NCBI GenBank assembly: GCA_963842525.1
Contig: CAWJGT010000001.1
Span: forward strand, 64,001-128,000
Direction: 5' to 3'
Origin: an uncultured Holophagales bacterium
GTDB taxonomy: Bacteria > Acidobacteriota > Thermoanaerobaculia > Multivoradales > UBA5704
Length of the DNA stretch: 64,000 nucleotides
Below are positions 20,400 to 32,856 of the stretch, piece by piece. A program made the translations under genes and the position numbers. The notes beneath the pieces were generated by a model. That model ran no database searches and had not been told where the DNA came from. It saw nothing but the letters and a program-made list of their open reading frames with translations. The first letter of the stretch is position 1. Every line of letters begins with the position of its first letter.

Positions 20400-22368
20400 A
20401 TGGAGAAACGCAACCCGGAGGACGGGCAGACCCCGGACCTCTACCTGGAGCGCGAGGACGACCTGCTGAACGACCTCGACCCCCACCTCCAGGAGCTGAT
20501 CCTGGCCCAACGCGCCGGCGAAGTGCCGGACAGCTCGATCGTTACGGATGTGAACGGAGTCTTCCGTGTGGACGTGATCGCGAAGCTGAGAAACCCGGAG
20601 GAGGAGGTCCCGGGGTTTCAGGTGGTGAGCACGATCGGCGACATCGTCACCGGCTCGGTCGCGCTGCCCGACATCGAGAGAGTCCGCCGGCACGACAACG
20701 TCAGGAGCCTCAAGGCGGCCACCCGTGTGCAGCCGATGCTGGACGCGTCGGTGCCGGAGGTGCGCTGTGACGCCGCGACGCTTCGCAATGCCTTCCCCGA
20801 CATTGACCAGGGGATCGACGGCAGGGGCGTGATCGTGGGGATCGTGGATATCGGTTGTGACTTCGCGCACAGGAGCTTCCTGGACGGTTCCAGCTCCCGC
20901 ATCCTCTCTCTCTGGGATCAGCGGGAGCGTAACGCCACAGAGCAGCGGCCTGTCCGTCCGACCGCGCCATCACCGGCGGGCTTCGGCTACGGCCGGGAAT
21001 TCACGCAAGCCCGGCTCAATGACGCCCTTGCCAAGAGCGATCCCTATGCGGACATCGATCATGAGCTGGCGGCAGCGGCCCACGGCACGCACGTCATGGA
21101 CATTGCGGCCGGGAACGGGCAGAACGGACAGCCCGGAGTGGCTCCCAGGGCCAGCCTGATTTTTGTCCATGTCGACATCGACGATGTCGCCGATTCCGAA
21201 TCGCTGGGCAATTCCCGGCGCCTGCTGGAAGCTGTCGAGTACATCTTCCGGAAAGCCGGCTCCACCCCTGTCGTCGTCAACCTCAGCCTCGGCACCCACG
21301 GCGGGCCGAAAGACGGCAGCACTCTCGTCGAGCAGGCCCTCGACCGGCAGCTCGAAACCGCCGGGCGGGCGACCGTGATCGCGGCGGGCAACTCCTTCAA
21401 CCTGCGGTCGCACGCTCAGGGCACGGTCCAGCCCGGCCAGCCGGTGACTCTATCCTGGGAGATCATCCCCTTCGACCGGACTCCCAACGAGTTGGAGGTC
21501 TGGTATGACTTCGCGGACGGATCCAGCCTGGAGGTTACCCTGACGGCCCCGAACGGCACGTCGCTGGGGCCTGTCCCGGTCGGGGAGACCTATGTGATCC
21601 GGAATCAGAATGGAATGAGGGTAGGGCGGGTCATCCACCGGAGGAGGGATCCAACAATGGCGACCGCCAGATCGACATCCTGCTCCAACCGTCTCTGTCG
21701 TCAGGGAGCTGGAAGGTCAGGCTGGAGGCCCGCGGCTCCCACCTGTTCCGTTCCATGCCTGGATCGAACGCGACGACTCGGCCAGTCCACCTTTACGCCA
21801 GCAGGAGAGCCGGACTCACACCCTGGGCTCGATTCCGCGGCCGGCGCACGATTGCGGTGGGCTCTCATGACCCGCGGGACCCGCAGCGCAGGCTTTCAGG
21901 GTTCTCCGCCTCGGGTCTACGCGGGATGGAAGGGCCAAGCCGGACGTGAGCGCACCGGGCCAGCACATCGTAGCTGCCAGAGCGCGCGGCGGCACCACGC
22001 AGAAACAGGGGACCAGCATGGCCGCCCCGCACGTGACCGGGCTCGTCGCGCTCATGCTCCAGGTCAACGGTGCGTTGTCCGCCCAGAAGATCCTGGACGC
22101 GCTGAAGCGCGGCACGGCGCAACCCGCCCGCCGGGACCGGGCAGGACGCACGGTACGGGAACGGCCGGATCGACGGCGTAGCGGCCCTGCAGGCGGTCCA
22201 GACGCCGGTCGCCGTCCTGGTACCGCCGCCTCAGGCCAATGTTGTGGTTCCTGTACCACTGGCAGAGGTCATTCCGTCCAACGGACATGCATAGTGCCGG
22301 CTCTGCTCGCCAGCCTGATCTCCGGTACCTATCGCATCGACGTCAACGTCGAGCGGCTCGAAAACTAG
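20400..22368 (+). CDS. S8 subtilisin-like protease (CspA-like with inserted beta domain), frameshifted
   Basis: IVGIVDIG (Asp), HGTHVMDIAAG (His), AAGN, GTSMAAPHVTG (Ser, in ORF 21946-22368); AGGAGG RBS; no signal peptide. Confidence 0.85.
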
Positions 22369-22420
22369 CAGCAGGCCAGGGTCGCGGCGCCTCTGTCGGC
22401 AGCGCCGCGGCCTCACGCGC

Positions 22421-23638
22421 TCACGGGTGATCCTCCTCCGGCTCTCCTTTCGGTCCCCAACGGGCATGGACCAGGCAACCGACCACTCCCACGGCAAAGG
22501 CGGCGTAGAACGGCCACCTCCGGTCGAGGGTCCACAGCCAGCCGCCGATCAGCGGGGCCGGGAACACGGCGAGGCCGCGGATCAGGTAATAGAGGCCGAC
22601 GGAGCGCCCGCGTGCCCCGGCGGCGGCGAGGTCGAGGATGAGCGCCTTGCGCGCCGGCTCGCCGGTCTCCCGCAGGCCGCCCACCACGAAGGCGGCGGTC
22701 AGCGCGGCGGGTCCGGCGGCGGTGGCGAGCGCCAACGGGAAGAGGGCGAAGAAGGCGAAGGTCAGGAGGACGAACGGCTTGCGGTTCATCCGGTCGGACA
22801 TCGTGGCGACCGGCAGGTAGACGAGGGTCGCGGCGATCATCTGGACGCTGGTCAGCCAGCCGAACTGGATCGCGGTGCCGCCCAGGACGTCGACGACGAA
22901 GAGGAGGATGAAGACCTTGGGGATGCCCTCGGCCCAGCGCGCCAGGACGTCGGCGGCGAGCAGCCGCTTGAGGCCCGGGTCCATCCGCCGCCAGAGGCTC
23001 CGCAGGTCCTGCGGATCGGCAGGCGGTGCCTCCCTTTCCTGATAGGCGCGCCGCAGGATCCAGATCCCCAGGAGTGCGAGGCCGATGGTGACCGCCACCC
23101 CGGCCCGCACACCGCCCTGCATGCCGAGGCCGACGATGAGGGCGCCCCCCAGCGGCGGCGCGAGGATGATCGGCACCCTTTTGAGGGTGGACTGCACCCC
23201 GAACCCGATCGCCCGTCTCTTGGAGGGTAGATGGTCGCCCAACACCGCGAAGATGGCCGGCAGCGTCAAGCTGCTCCAGGCCATGACGAGCACCGTGCCG
23301 GCCAGCACCCACGGCCAGCTCGGCGCCACCAGATAGAGGACATAGCCGGCGATGGCGAGCAGCGCGAAGAGGATCAGCGACGAGCGTCGGCCGAAGCGGT
23401 CCGCGAGCCAGCCGCCCGGGTAGGGATAGACGGCGTCGAGCAACTCACGAAGGGTCCCATAGAAGGCCACCCCCCACGCTCCGGCCCCGAGCACCTCCAG
23501 ATACTTGGGCACGAAGCGCACCCACAGCTCCTCGCCCATCCCCAGGACGAGGAATGCGGCGAGCATCGCGACGACGTTGCGCTCCAGCCCCAGGGAGGAG
23601 CGGAAGCGGGAGAGTGGCGGAGCGGCGGCGGGGAGCAC
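22421..23638 (-). CDS. MFS transporter
   Basis: About 12 hydrophobic segments; GGWLADRFGRR motif A and SDRMNRK. Confidence 0.9.
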   Translation of the reverse strand: MLPAAAPPLSRFRSSLGLERNVVAMLAAFLVLGMGEELWVRFVPKYLEVLGAGAWGVAFYGTLRELLDAVYPYPGGWLADRFGRRSSLILFALLAIAGYVLYLVAPSWPWVLAGTVLVMAWSSLTLPAIFAVLGDHLPSKRRAIGFGVQSTLKRVPIILAPPLGGALIVGLGMQGGVRAGVAVTIGLALLGIWILRRAYQEREAPPADPQDLRSLWRRMDPGLKRLLAADVLARWAEGIPKVFILLFVVDVLGGTAIQFGWLTSVQMIAATLVYLPVATMSDRMNRKPFVLLTFAFFALFPLALATAAGPAALTAAFVVGGLRETGEPARKALILDLAAAGARGRSVGLYYLIRGLAVFPAPLIGGWLWTLDRRWPFYAAFAVGVVGCLVHARWGPKGEPEEDHP

Positions 23639-23711
23639 GAAGGAGATTGTAATACATGTTGCTAGATGGAAACAGTAGTTTCACGCTGTGTCATGCTATT
23701 TGCGGGGGGGC

Positions 23712-23984
23712 GGGGTAGAGACGCCCCCAGTCCGTGACCACGAACCTGCCGGGTGCATACAGTCGGGGCGTCTCAAGGCCTCGCCCGCGAAACGGGTTCG
23801 CTCTTGCGCAGGAAACACGGATGGGATGGCTGTGCACAGGGACAGCCGGCCCGTCAGCGATGCGCGTACCGTGGACCCATCTCGGCGTCCACGGCGTGCT
23901 GTCGGCGTTGGTGGTATCTGGGGCCGTGAGTGAGACGCCCCGACTGTGTGCACCCGGTCAGTTTGGTCACGGACTGGGGCGTCT
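23712..23984. repeat. Inverted pair of GTAG-type REP-like palindromes (REPIN-like); right end continues at 25421-25427 after the IS
   Basis: GGGGTAGAGACGCCCC...GGGGCGTCTC at 23712-23774 and inverted copy GAGACGCCCC...GGGGCGTCT|CTACCCC. Confidence 0.8.
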
Positions 23985-24029
23985 TCTATGAGAAGGCCCC
24001 GAATGTCAAGGCCGCCTTGGCGGCCTTCC

Positions 24030-24230
24030 CTATCTGGCTTCAGAGCTGCGTCTGTCCCCGAGTCTTCTATCCGCACTCTCGAGGAGTCCGTCGCTTGGAC
24101 TCGGTGCATGATGGGGTTCCACCGCAGCGGCGCTGCTATCTCTACAGCGGCCTCGTAGGCTGAAGACGCCCAGCGCAGTCGCCGGCAGCGGGGGTTCGAA
24201 CGCGAGCTCCTATCGACCGTGGTTTCTCCT
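24030..24230 (-). ncRNA. Predicted bridge RNA / seekRNA of the IS1111 element (boundaries approximate)
   Basis: Segments matching the target flanks (24164-24171, 24139-24145) and donor ends (24110-24115, 24063-24070). Confidence 0.75.
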
Positions 24231-24259
24231 ACCTGAGATTTCCCCCTACCTGAGCTTTT

Positions 24260-25318
24260 TTACGCTGCTGCCGGCTGGCGGCACAGCTCGTAATCCTCGC
24301 CGCTGATCCAGAGCCGGTGCAGCAGCACCGCCAGTTTCCGGGCCACGGCCACCACCGCTCGCTTCTTGCCGTTTTTGCCTCCACGCCGCGCCAGTTCCAG
24401 TCCGAACCTGCGTAGATCGCTGTCCTGGCCGAAAGGACCGAGGATGTAGTGCGCGGCCTGCACCAGCAGCCAGCGCAACAGCCGGTCGCCCTGCTTGGTG
24501 ATCGGCAACTGCGGCGTCGAGCTGCCCGAGCTTCGACTTGCTGGCACCAATCCCAGGTAGGCCCCCACCGAACGCGAGCGAGCAAAACGATGCGGATCGT
24601 CCAGCGTCAACACGAAGACCAGAGACGTCAGCGCTCCCACTCCCTTGATCTGGCGCAACCGCTGCGTCACGGCAAAACGCTGCGCCCACGCCTCAATGTC
24701 TCGGTCAAAGCCCCCGATCCGCTCACTCAGATCAGCGATCACCGCCAACAGCGGCTCCAGAGAAGCCTTCAGCGTCTGCGGCAAGGCCTGCGACGCACTT
24801 CGGGCGAAGCTTTTCGCCGAGCACCCCGGCAGGCGAAAGCCGAACGACTTCACCATCCCGCGGACCTGGTTGACCAGCATCGTCCGGACCTTGACCAGAC
24901 CCTCCCGGGCGCGCACCACCGCCAAGGCTTGCTGCGCTTCCGGGCTTCGCGCGTGCACCGGACTGAGCAACTCCGGGTCCACTCGGCCCAACTGCGCCAG
25001 GCACCGGGCATCCCGCTCGTCGCTTTTGCGCAGGCTCGATGCGATCGCCCGAACCTTGCTGGGATTGGCGGTGATCACCTGGTGGCCCAAAGATTCCAAC
25101 AACCGCCGCACCCAGGGTGTGTGCGTCCCGCTCTCCAGGATGACCAAACACGGGCTTGCCCCTTCAAAGTAGCGCTGAAAGCTCGCCGAGGTCGTCGACA
25201 GACGCTTCTCTTCCAAGATCGCTCCCGTTTCTCGATCCAGACGACAGATCTGACTCGAACGGTCCCCAAGGTCTACGCCCACCACCGCCTCCACCTCCAC
25301 TCTGATAGCATTCTTCAT
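24260..25318 (-). CDS. IS110 family DEDD recombinase/transposase
   Basis: GVDLG, ILESG, KSDERDA, GAYLGLVPASRSSG, ITKQGDRLLR, AVVAVARKL. Confidence 0.95.
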   Translation of the reverse strand: MKNAIRVEVEAVVGVDLGDRSSQICRLDRETGAILEEKRLSTTSASFQRYFEGASPCLVILESGTHTPWVRRLLESLGHQVITANPSKVRAIASSLRKSDERDARCLAQLGRVDPELLSPVHARSPEAQQALAVVRAREGLVKVRTMLVNQVRGMVKSFGFRLPGCSAKSFARSASQALPQTLKASLEPLLAVIADLSERIGGFDRDIEAWAQRFAVTQRLRQIKGVGALTSLVFVLTLDDPHRFARSRSVGAYLGLVPASRSSGSSTPQLPITKQGDRLLRWLLVQAAHYILGPFGQDSDLRRFGLELARRGGKNGKKRAVVAVARKLAVLLHRLWISGEDYELCRQPAAA

Positions 25319-25420
25319 GGCCACCCTCCTTTCTTGCGCTTTCCAGCGCTTAAATATTCCCAGTTTGCAGGGCCATTTTAAGGCACTGCGCACCGGGAGG
25401 GTGGCCTTCTCATCCCATCT

Positions 25421-25666
25421 CTACCCCCAGCGGTTCCGGAAGGGCTTCGCTGTGCTCCAACCGATCGGCGAGCACGCGAAGGGTCAGGGCCTGCGCCGCG
25501 GAGAGGGCGGCTTCCCGCGTCGGGCCGTAGACCATGACCTCAGGGCCTGCGCCGCGGAGAGGGCGGCTTCCCGCGTCGGGCCGTAGACCATGACCCCGGG
25601 GAGATCGGTGACGTCCGCGATCCAGCGACCATCGACTTCTCGTTCCAGCTCGACCGTCAGACGCAT
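25421..25666 (-). pseudogene. HicB-like antitoxin disrupted by a 56-bp tandem duplication
   Basis: EREVDGRWIADVTDLPGVMVYGPTREAA; identical units 25484-25539 and 25540-25595; 3' end runs into the REP/IS. Confidence 0.75.
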
Positions 25667-25711
25667 GAACGGAGGATACCACGCACCTGCCCTACAGGGC
25701 TGAGGATTCAG

Positions 25712-26431
25712 CTACTTCGGCGGCCGGCTGGGCCGCATCTCCACCCGGCTCGGCAGGGCGTGCGGGGGATAGCTGAGCAGGTGGAGGACCATGGAGGCGA
25801 TGTCCTCCGGGCGGAGCTTCCAGCTCTGGTCGCCGCTCTGGCTGCCTCTCCCGAAGGTGGTGTCGACGCTGCCGGGCATGATTGCGGCCACCCGGATGCC
25901 GTGCGGGCGCAGGTCCAGCATGGCCGCCTCGGAGAGGCCGAGCAGGCCGAACTTGCTGGCGTTGTAGGCGGAGCCGCCGGGGAACGGGTTCTTCGAGGCC
26001 AGGGAGGCGATGTTGATGATCCAGCCGTGCCCCTGCCGCTTCTGGGCCGGCGCCACGGCGTGGATGAAATAGAAGCAGCCGTCGAGGTTCGTCTGGATCA
26101 CCTCCCGCCACTGGTCGCCGGTCAGCTCGTCGACCGGCGCGAAGCGGCCCAGGCCGGCATTGTTGACCAGGCAGTCGATCCGTCCGGCCGCCTCCAGCAC
26201 CCAGGCGACGAAGCCGTCGACCTCCTCCTGGTTGCGGACGTCGACGGGCCGGCCGTCCACCCGGTCGCCGAAGCGCTCGCGCAGCTCGCCGAGCGCCTTT
26301 TCGACCGAGCCCGGAGCCCGGCTGCAGATGTAGACGCGCCACCCCTCCGCGAGCAGCGCCTCGGCGGTGCTGCGTCCAATCCCGCGGCTGCCGCCGGTGA
26401 CGATGGCGATTCTGGAGTTTTCTTCAGCCAT
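25712..26431 (-). CDS. SDR family oxidoreductase
   Basis: TGGSRGIG, NNAG, YNASK. Confidence 0.93.
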   Translation of the reverse strand: MAEENSRIAIVTGGSRGIGRSTAEALLAEGWRVYICSRAPGSVEKALGELRERFGDRVDGRPVDVRNQEEVDGFVAWVLEAAGRIDCLVNNAGLGRFAPVDELTGDQWREVIQTNLDGCFYFIHAVAPAQKRQGHGWIINIASLASKNPFPGGSAYNASKFGLLGLSEAAMLDLRPHGIRVAAIMPGSVDTTFGRGSQSGDQSWKLRPEDIASMVLHLLSYPPHALPSRVEMRPSRPPK

Positions 26432-26516
26432 TCGCGTAAGCCCTCCTCGGCGTACTGTACCCCGGAATGCCGGAGCCGGACCCCATGTTTTGATGGGTCG
26501 AAGGGAGGGGTGCGAG

Positions 26517-27233
26517 ATGTTCGGTTTCATCGATCCGGTCTATCTGCTGTTCATCCTGCCGGCCCTGGCGCTGTCGCTCTGGGCGAGCTGGCGGACGAAG
26601 TCGGCTTTCAACAAATACTCCGGCGTGCGGACGATGCGCGGGTTGACCGGGGCCCAGGCCGCCAAGACGCTGTTGGAGCGGTCCGGGATCCACGACGTGC
26701 AGGTCGTGCCGACGCACGGCATGCTGACCGACCATTACAATCCGACGAACAAGACCCTGGCACTGTCCGAAGGGGTCTATGGCTCGCCGTCGGTGGCGGC
26801 GGTGGGCGTCGCCTGCCACGAGGCGGGCCATGCGATCCAGCACGCCGAAGGGTACAAGCCGCTGTGGCTGCGTTCGGTGCTGGTGCCCACCGCCAACATC
26901 GGCTCGACCCTGGGCTACATCGTGATGGCGCTCGGCCTGCTGTTCCTCTACATGGGGTCGCAGTTCGGGCAGAGCATGGTGCTGTTCGGCGCCCTGCTGT
27001 TCTCGGCGGTGTTGGTGTTCCAGATCGTGACCCTGCCGGTCGAATTCGACGCCTCGGCGCGGGCGAAGCGGCTGGCGCTGGCCAACGGCATCATCCTGGA
27101 GCAGGAGCGCGAGGGCATGGACCGGGTGCTCAACGCCGCGGCCCTGACCTACGTGGCGGCGGTCGTCTCCACGCTGATGACCCTGCTGTACTATCTGTTC
27201 CGCGCCGGCCTGCTCGGCGGACGCCGCGATTAG
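26517..27233 (+). CDS. Membrane zinc metallopeptidase (YugP/Zn_peptidase_2)
   Basis: LTDHYNP, HEAGHAIQH, TLPVEFDAS, AAALTYVAA. Confidence 0.92.
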   Translation: MFGFIDPVYLLFILPALALSLWASWRTKSAFNKYSGVRTMRGLTGAQAAKTLLERSGIHDVQVVPTHGMLTDHYNPTNKTLALSEGVYGSPSVAAVGVACHEAGHAIQHAEGYKPLWLRSVLVPTANIGSTLGYIVMALGLLFLYMGSQFGQSMVLFGALLFSAVLVFQIVTLPVEFDASARAKRLALANGIILEQEREGMDRVLNAAALTYVAAVVSTLMTLLYYLFRAGLLGGRRD

Positions 27234-27282
27234 GGACGCGCATCTGGACGGCTTTCGGTCTCCGTCCGTATACTGAGCTGCT

Positions 27283-28477
27283 ATGAATAGAGTGCTGTGC
27301 CTCCTTCTCCTCGCCATCGTTTTCGTGCCGGCCGTCGGCTGCGACAAGGTCAACCCGACCGCCCCGAACGGGACCATCCTCACGATGAGCGCCAACCCGG
27401 CGCAGATCTCCTTGAACGGTACATCGACCATCACGGTGATCGGCCGCAAGCCGAACGGCAGCCCCCTGAACCGGGGGACCGAGGTCCGGCTCGACGACGA
27501 CACTCGGCAGCATCGAGCCCTTCGTGCAGGTCGATGACGACGGCGTGGCGACCGCGACCCTGCGGGGCGACGGCCGGCAGGGGGTCGCGACGATCACGGC
27601 CGCTACGTCCTCGGCCGGCGGCACCACGCCGCCCGCGACTCCGACTCCTCCCCCCGGCGGCACGACCCCCACTCCCCCGACCGGCGGCAGCAGCAGCGGC
27701 ACCTCCAGCGTCACCTTGGGCGTGGAGATCGGCGGGGCGGCGAAGACGATCGTCTTACAGGCGACTCCGACCAATCTTCCCTCGACGGGGGGCAACGTCA
27801 GCCTGGTCGCCCTTGTGCGGGACTCCCGGGGACAACCGCTGGTCAACGCGCGTGTGAATTTCCTCACCGAGCTCGGGAGGCTCAGCTCGGGAGGTGCGCT
27901 GCGGAATACGAATGCGAACGGCCAGGCGACAGATACCCTCATCGTCAGCGAAAGCGACATCGACCTCACGGAGAGCACCGGCTTCAATGTGACGGCTCAG
28001 ACCGCGGCAAGCGACGGGGTCCTGGTCAGCGACGATTTTCACATCACGGTCCAGAGCGGCAAGCCACAGGCGGATTTCCGGGTGGAGGGGACCGGGCGCA
28101 ACGTGAAGTTCGTCAGCACCTCGACGGGTGAAGAGCCGCTGACCTTCGACTGGGACTTTGGAGATGACACGGCGCACTCGACGGAGCGAAACCCCAGCCA
28201 TCTGTATGCCACGGCCTCAACCTACACTGTGGTTCTGGAAGTGACGAACGCTCGCGGCGGCGACGTGGTGACCAAGCGGGTCGAGGTCTCGGCCAGCGGA
28301 GCTTCCCAAGATCGTCCCATGACCTGGAGCAGGTGGACCAGGAGCGGCCCTTGGGCCGCTCCTGCCGTCTCTGGCCTGTGGAGCCGGGCCCCCTGCTATA
28401 ATGCGGCCACTTTGCCGGCCGACCTCGATGCCTTCCGCCCCGTCCCCTGCCACCACCATGCCCAAGGTGTCTCATGA
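27283..28477 (+). CDS. Lipoprotein with Ig-like (Big_1) and PKD domains (frameshift near 27495; true 3' end uncertain)
   Basis: Lipobox-like AVGC, Thr/Pro linker, TNANGQA, FDWDFGD...NPSHLY...YTVVLEVTN. Confidence 0.75.
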
Positions 28478-29901
28478 GCGACGCGGTCTTCCCTGATCGC
28501 ATCACGCAGCTCCGTGCCCGGTGGGAGGGGGATCCCAGCTCCCGGATCTTCCTGCAGCTCGCGGAGGAGTACCGCCATCTCGGACGGGTCCGGGAGGCTC
28601 TCGACGTGCTCGACCGGGGCCTCAAGGAGCATGCGGGGTACCTGTCCGCCCTGGTGGCCAAGGGGCGCTGCCACCTGGAGCTGGGCGAGGGGGAGGCGGC
28701 GCGCGGCGTGCTGGAACGCGTGGTCAAGCAGGACGCGACGCAGATGGTGGCCAACAAGCTGCTGGTGCGGGCCTATCTCGAGACCGGCGAACCCGCCAAG
28801 GCGCGCGAGCGGCTGGACCTCTACAGCCTGCTCAACGACAGCGACCCCGAGATCGAGGAGCTGCGCCGGCGCATCCGGACTCTGGACCGTTCGCCCCAGG
28901 CCAGCCCTCCGACGGGAGCATCGAGCCCCATGGCAGAAGCCGACCCCTTGTCCCTGCTGTCCAGGCCCGCCCGCCGTCCCGAGGCCGCGGCCGACATCTT
29001 CGACCTCGGCGGGCCGCCGGGCCCGCGCCGCAAGGTGGACGACGTCTTCGCCCTCGACGAGACCGCGTCCATACCGGTTGCAGCGCCTCAGGTCATCGCG
29101 CCGGAGCCGGCCCTCGCCATCGAGGCACTGGAACAGGAGCCGGAAGAGGAGACGGAGACGGACGGCGATCTGTTCCCCGGTCTCGCCTCGCGGGACCGGC
29201 GGCGGCGTTATCTGGAGGCCCTCTCCGCGGAGGGGCTCTTCGCGGCCTCCCTCCCCGAGCCCGTCGCGCCGGAGCCGCCGGCACCGGTCGCGGACCTCGC
29301 ACCGCCGTTCCCCGCGCCCGGGCCGCTGCCGGTCCCCGAGGCCGTGCTTCTGGAGCCACCGGTGACGCTGGAGGAGCCCTCCTGGCTGGAAGAGGCCGCG
29401 GCAATCGCCCCCTCACCCCTCTCACCACCGGCTCCGGAGCCGCTCGATTTCCCGTCCTTCGCGCCGCCGGCTCCGCCTCCCGCCGGGGAGGAGGACCTGT
29501 GGGTCGAGGAGGCCCCGGCACCCTGGTCTCCCGCACCCGCCGCGGAGCCGTCCCTGCCGGAGCTGCCATCCATCGAGCCGCCCGCGCCCGCGTCGGCCGC
29601 GACCGCCACCCTCGGCGAGCTCTACCTGCGCCAGGGTCATCACCAGGAGGCGGAGCGGATCTTCCAGGAGGTCCTGCGCCGCGAGCCGGACAACGCCGCG
29701 GCGCACGCCGGGCTCGAGCGCCTCGCCGGCATGCCGCAGCCGGGCCCGCAGGAGGCGCCGCCGCTCGACGCCGAGCAACTCCTCGCGGGCTATCGGCCCG
29801 GACCGCAGGACACCGGCCCGGCCGGGGTGCGCACGCGCAAGGCCTTCCTCCTGAACCGGTATCTCGAACGCCTGCGGGGGAGCGGATCGCATGTTTCTTG
29901 A
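28474..29901 (+). CDS. TPR protein with Pro/Glu-rich linker
   Basis: FLQLAEEYR N-terminal TPRs; TATLGELYLRQGH C-terminal TPR. Confidence 0.85.
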   Translation: MSDAVFPDRITQLRARWEGDPSSRIFLQLAEEYRHLGRVREALDVLDRGLKEHAGYLSALVAKGRCHLELGEGEAARGVLERVVKQDATQMVANKLLVRAYLETGEPAKARERLDLYSLLNDSDPEIEELRRRIRTLDRSPQASPPTGASSPMAEADPLSLLSRPARRPEAAADIFDLGGPPGPRRKVDDVFALDETASIPVAAPQVIAPEPALAIEALEQEPEEETETDGDLFPGLASRDRRRRYLEALSAEGLFAASLPEPVAPEPPAPVADLAPPFPAPGPLPVPEAVLLEPPVTLEEPSWLEEAAAIAPSPLSPPAPEPLDFPSFAPPAPPPAGEEDLWVEEAPAPWSPAPAAEPSLPELPSIEPPAPASAATATLGELYLRQGHHQEAERIFQEVLRREPDNAAAHAGLERLAGMPQPGPQEAPPLDAEQLLAGYRPGPQDTGPAGVRTRKAFLLNRYLERLRGSGSHVS

Positions 29902-30247
29902 GCAGCTCAGCCGCATCAGCAACCGGGTCGACGGGGCGCTCGCCCTGTCGCTGGTGGCCAAGGACGGCATGCCGGTCGAGTCGGTGAGCTCGGACCCCAA
30001 TATCGACCTCGAGGTGCTCGCCGCCGAGCTGGTGGCACAGGCGCGGACGATCTCCGACAACCACCGCGAGCTCGAAGCGGGCGACGTGCAGTGCTTCTCC
30101 GTCGCCACCGATCGCTTCACCGTGATGGTAAGCTCCGTCGCTGCGGACTATTATCTGCTCCTCGTGCTGGGCCCGGAGGGCAACTACGGGCGGGCCCGGT
30201 TCGAGCTCCGGCGGGCGCGCCTGCTCCTCGAGAGAGAGCTCTCCTGA
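29891..30247 (+). CDS. Roadblock/LC7 domain protein
   Basis: SLVAKDGMPVE; NYGRARFELRRA. Confidence 0.8.
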   Translation: MFLEQLSRISNRVDGALALSLVAKDGMPVESVSSDPNIDLEVLAAELVAQARTISDNHRELEAGDVQCFSVATDRFTVMVSSVAADYYLLLVLGPEGNYGRARFELRRARLLLERELS

Positions 30248-30295
30248 GGCGCGGGACCTGGTCGCGGCCCCCGGCATTCGCAAAGGGGCTCTATC

Positions 30296-30826
<531 letters not shown>

Positions 30827-30835
30827 GGTCCAGGG

Positions 30836-32193
<1,358 letters not shown>

Positions 32194-32197
<4 letters not shown>

Positions 32198-32856
32198 CCG
32201 GCGCCGTGCGTTCCAACCGGCAGACGCCGCGGCCGGGGCGGATCTACGCCATCGCGGACGCGGAGGCGCTGGGACCGACCCCGCTGCCGGAAGCCGTGGC
32301 CGCGATGGCCGGAGCTGGGGTCCGCTGGATCCAGGTGCGCGGCAAGCGCCTCTCCGGGCGCGACCTGGCCCTTGCCATCGAAGGCTGCTGCCGGGCGGTG
32401 GAAGGGACCGGCGCGGCGCTCTGGGTGGACGACCGGGCCGATCTTGCAGCCCTTTTCCCTGTGGCCGGCCTGCACGTCGGCCAGACCGACCTGCCGCCGG
32501 CCGCGGCGCGCACCGTCGTCGGCGAGGAGAAATGGATCGGCCTCTCGACGCACAACGAAGAGCAGCTCGCGGCGGCCGACGAGGACCCCGAAGTGGACGT
32601 GGTGGCGGTCGGGCCGGTCTTCCCGACCGCGGGCAAGGAGCGGCCGGACCCGGTGGTCGGCCTCGACTTCGTGCGCCGGGCGCGGGCACGGACCGCCAAG
32701 CCGCTGGTGGCGATCGGCGGCATCGACGCAGGCAACGTGGCGGACGTTCTGGCCGCGGGCGCGGATGCGGCGGTGGTGCTCGGCGCGGTATGCCGGGGAG
32801 AAGACGTGCGGACGGCCTGCCTGCGGCTGCTGGACGCCGCGGGCGGTCCGGGATGA
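32194..32856 (+). CDS. thiE: Thiamine phosphate synthase
   Basis: QVRGK, DDRAD, HVGQTDL, GPVFPT, VAIGGI. Confidence 0.88.

Larger units (their letters stand above)
23985..25420 (-). mobile_element. IS110 family (IS1111 group) element inserted in a REP
   Basis: Sub-terminal IRs ATGAGAAGGCC (23988-23998) / GGCCTTCTCAT (25403-25413); TCT core at both junctions; 3' non-coding region; outward TTGACA near 24004-24009. Confidence 0.9.

Noticed and set aside
27600-27710. Repeat in the PKD lipoprotein gene
   Set aside because: Ordinary Pro/Thr/Gly low-complexity linker
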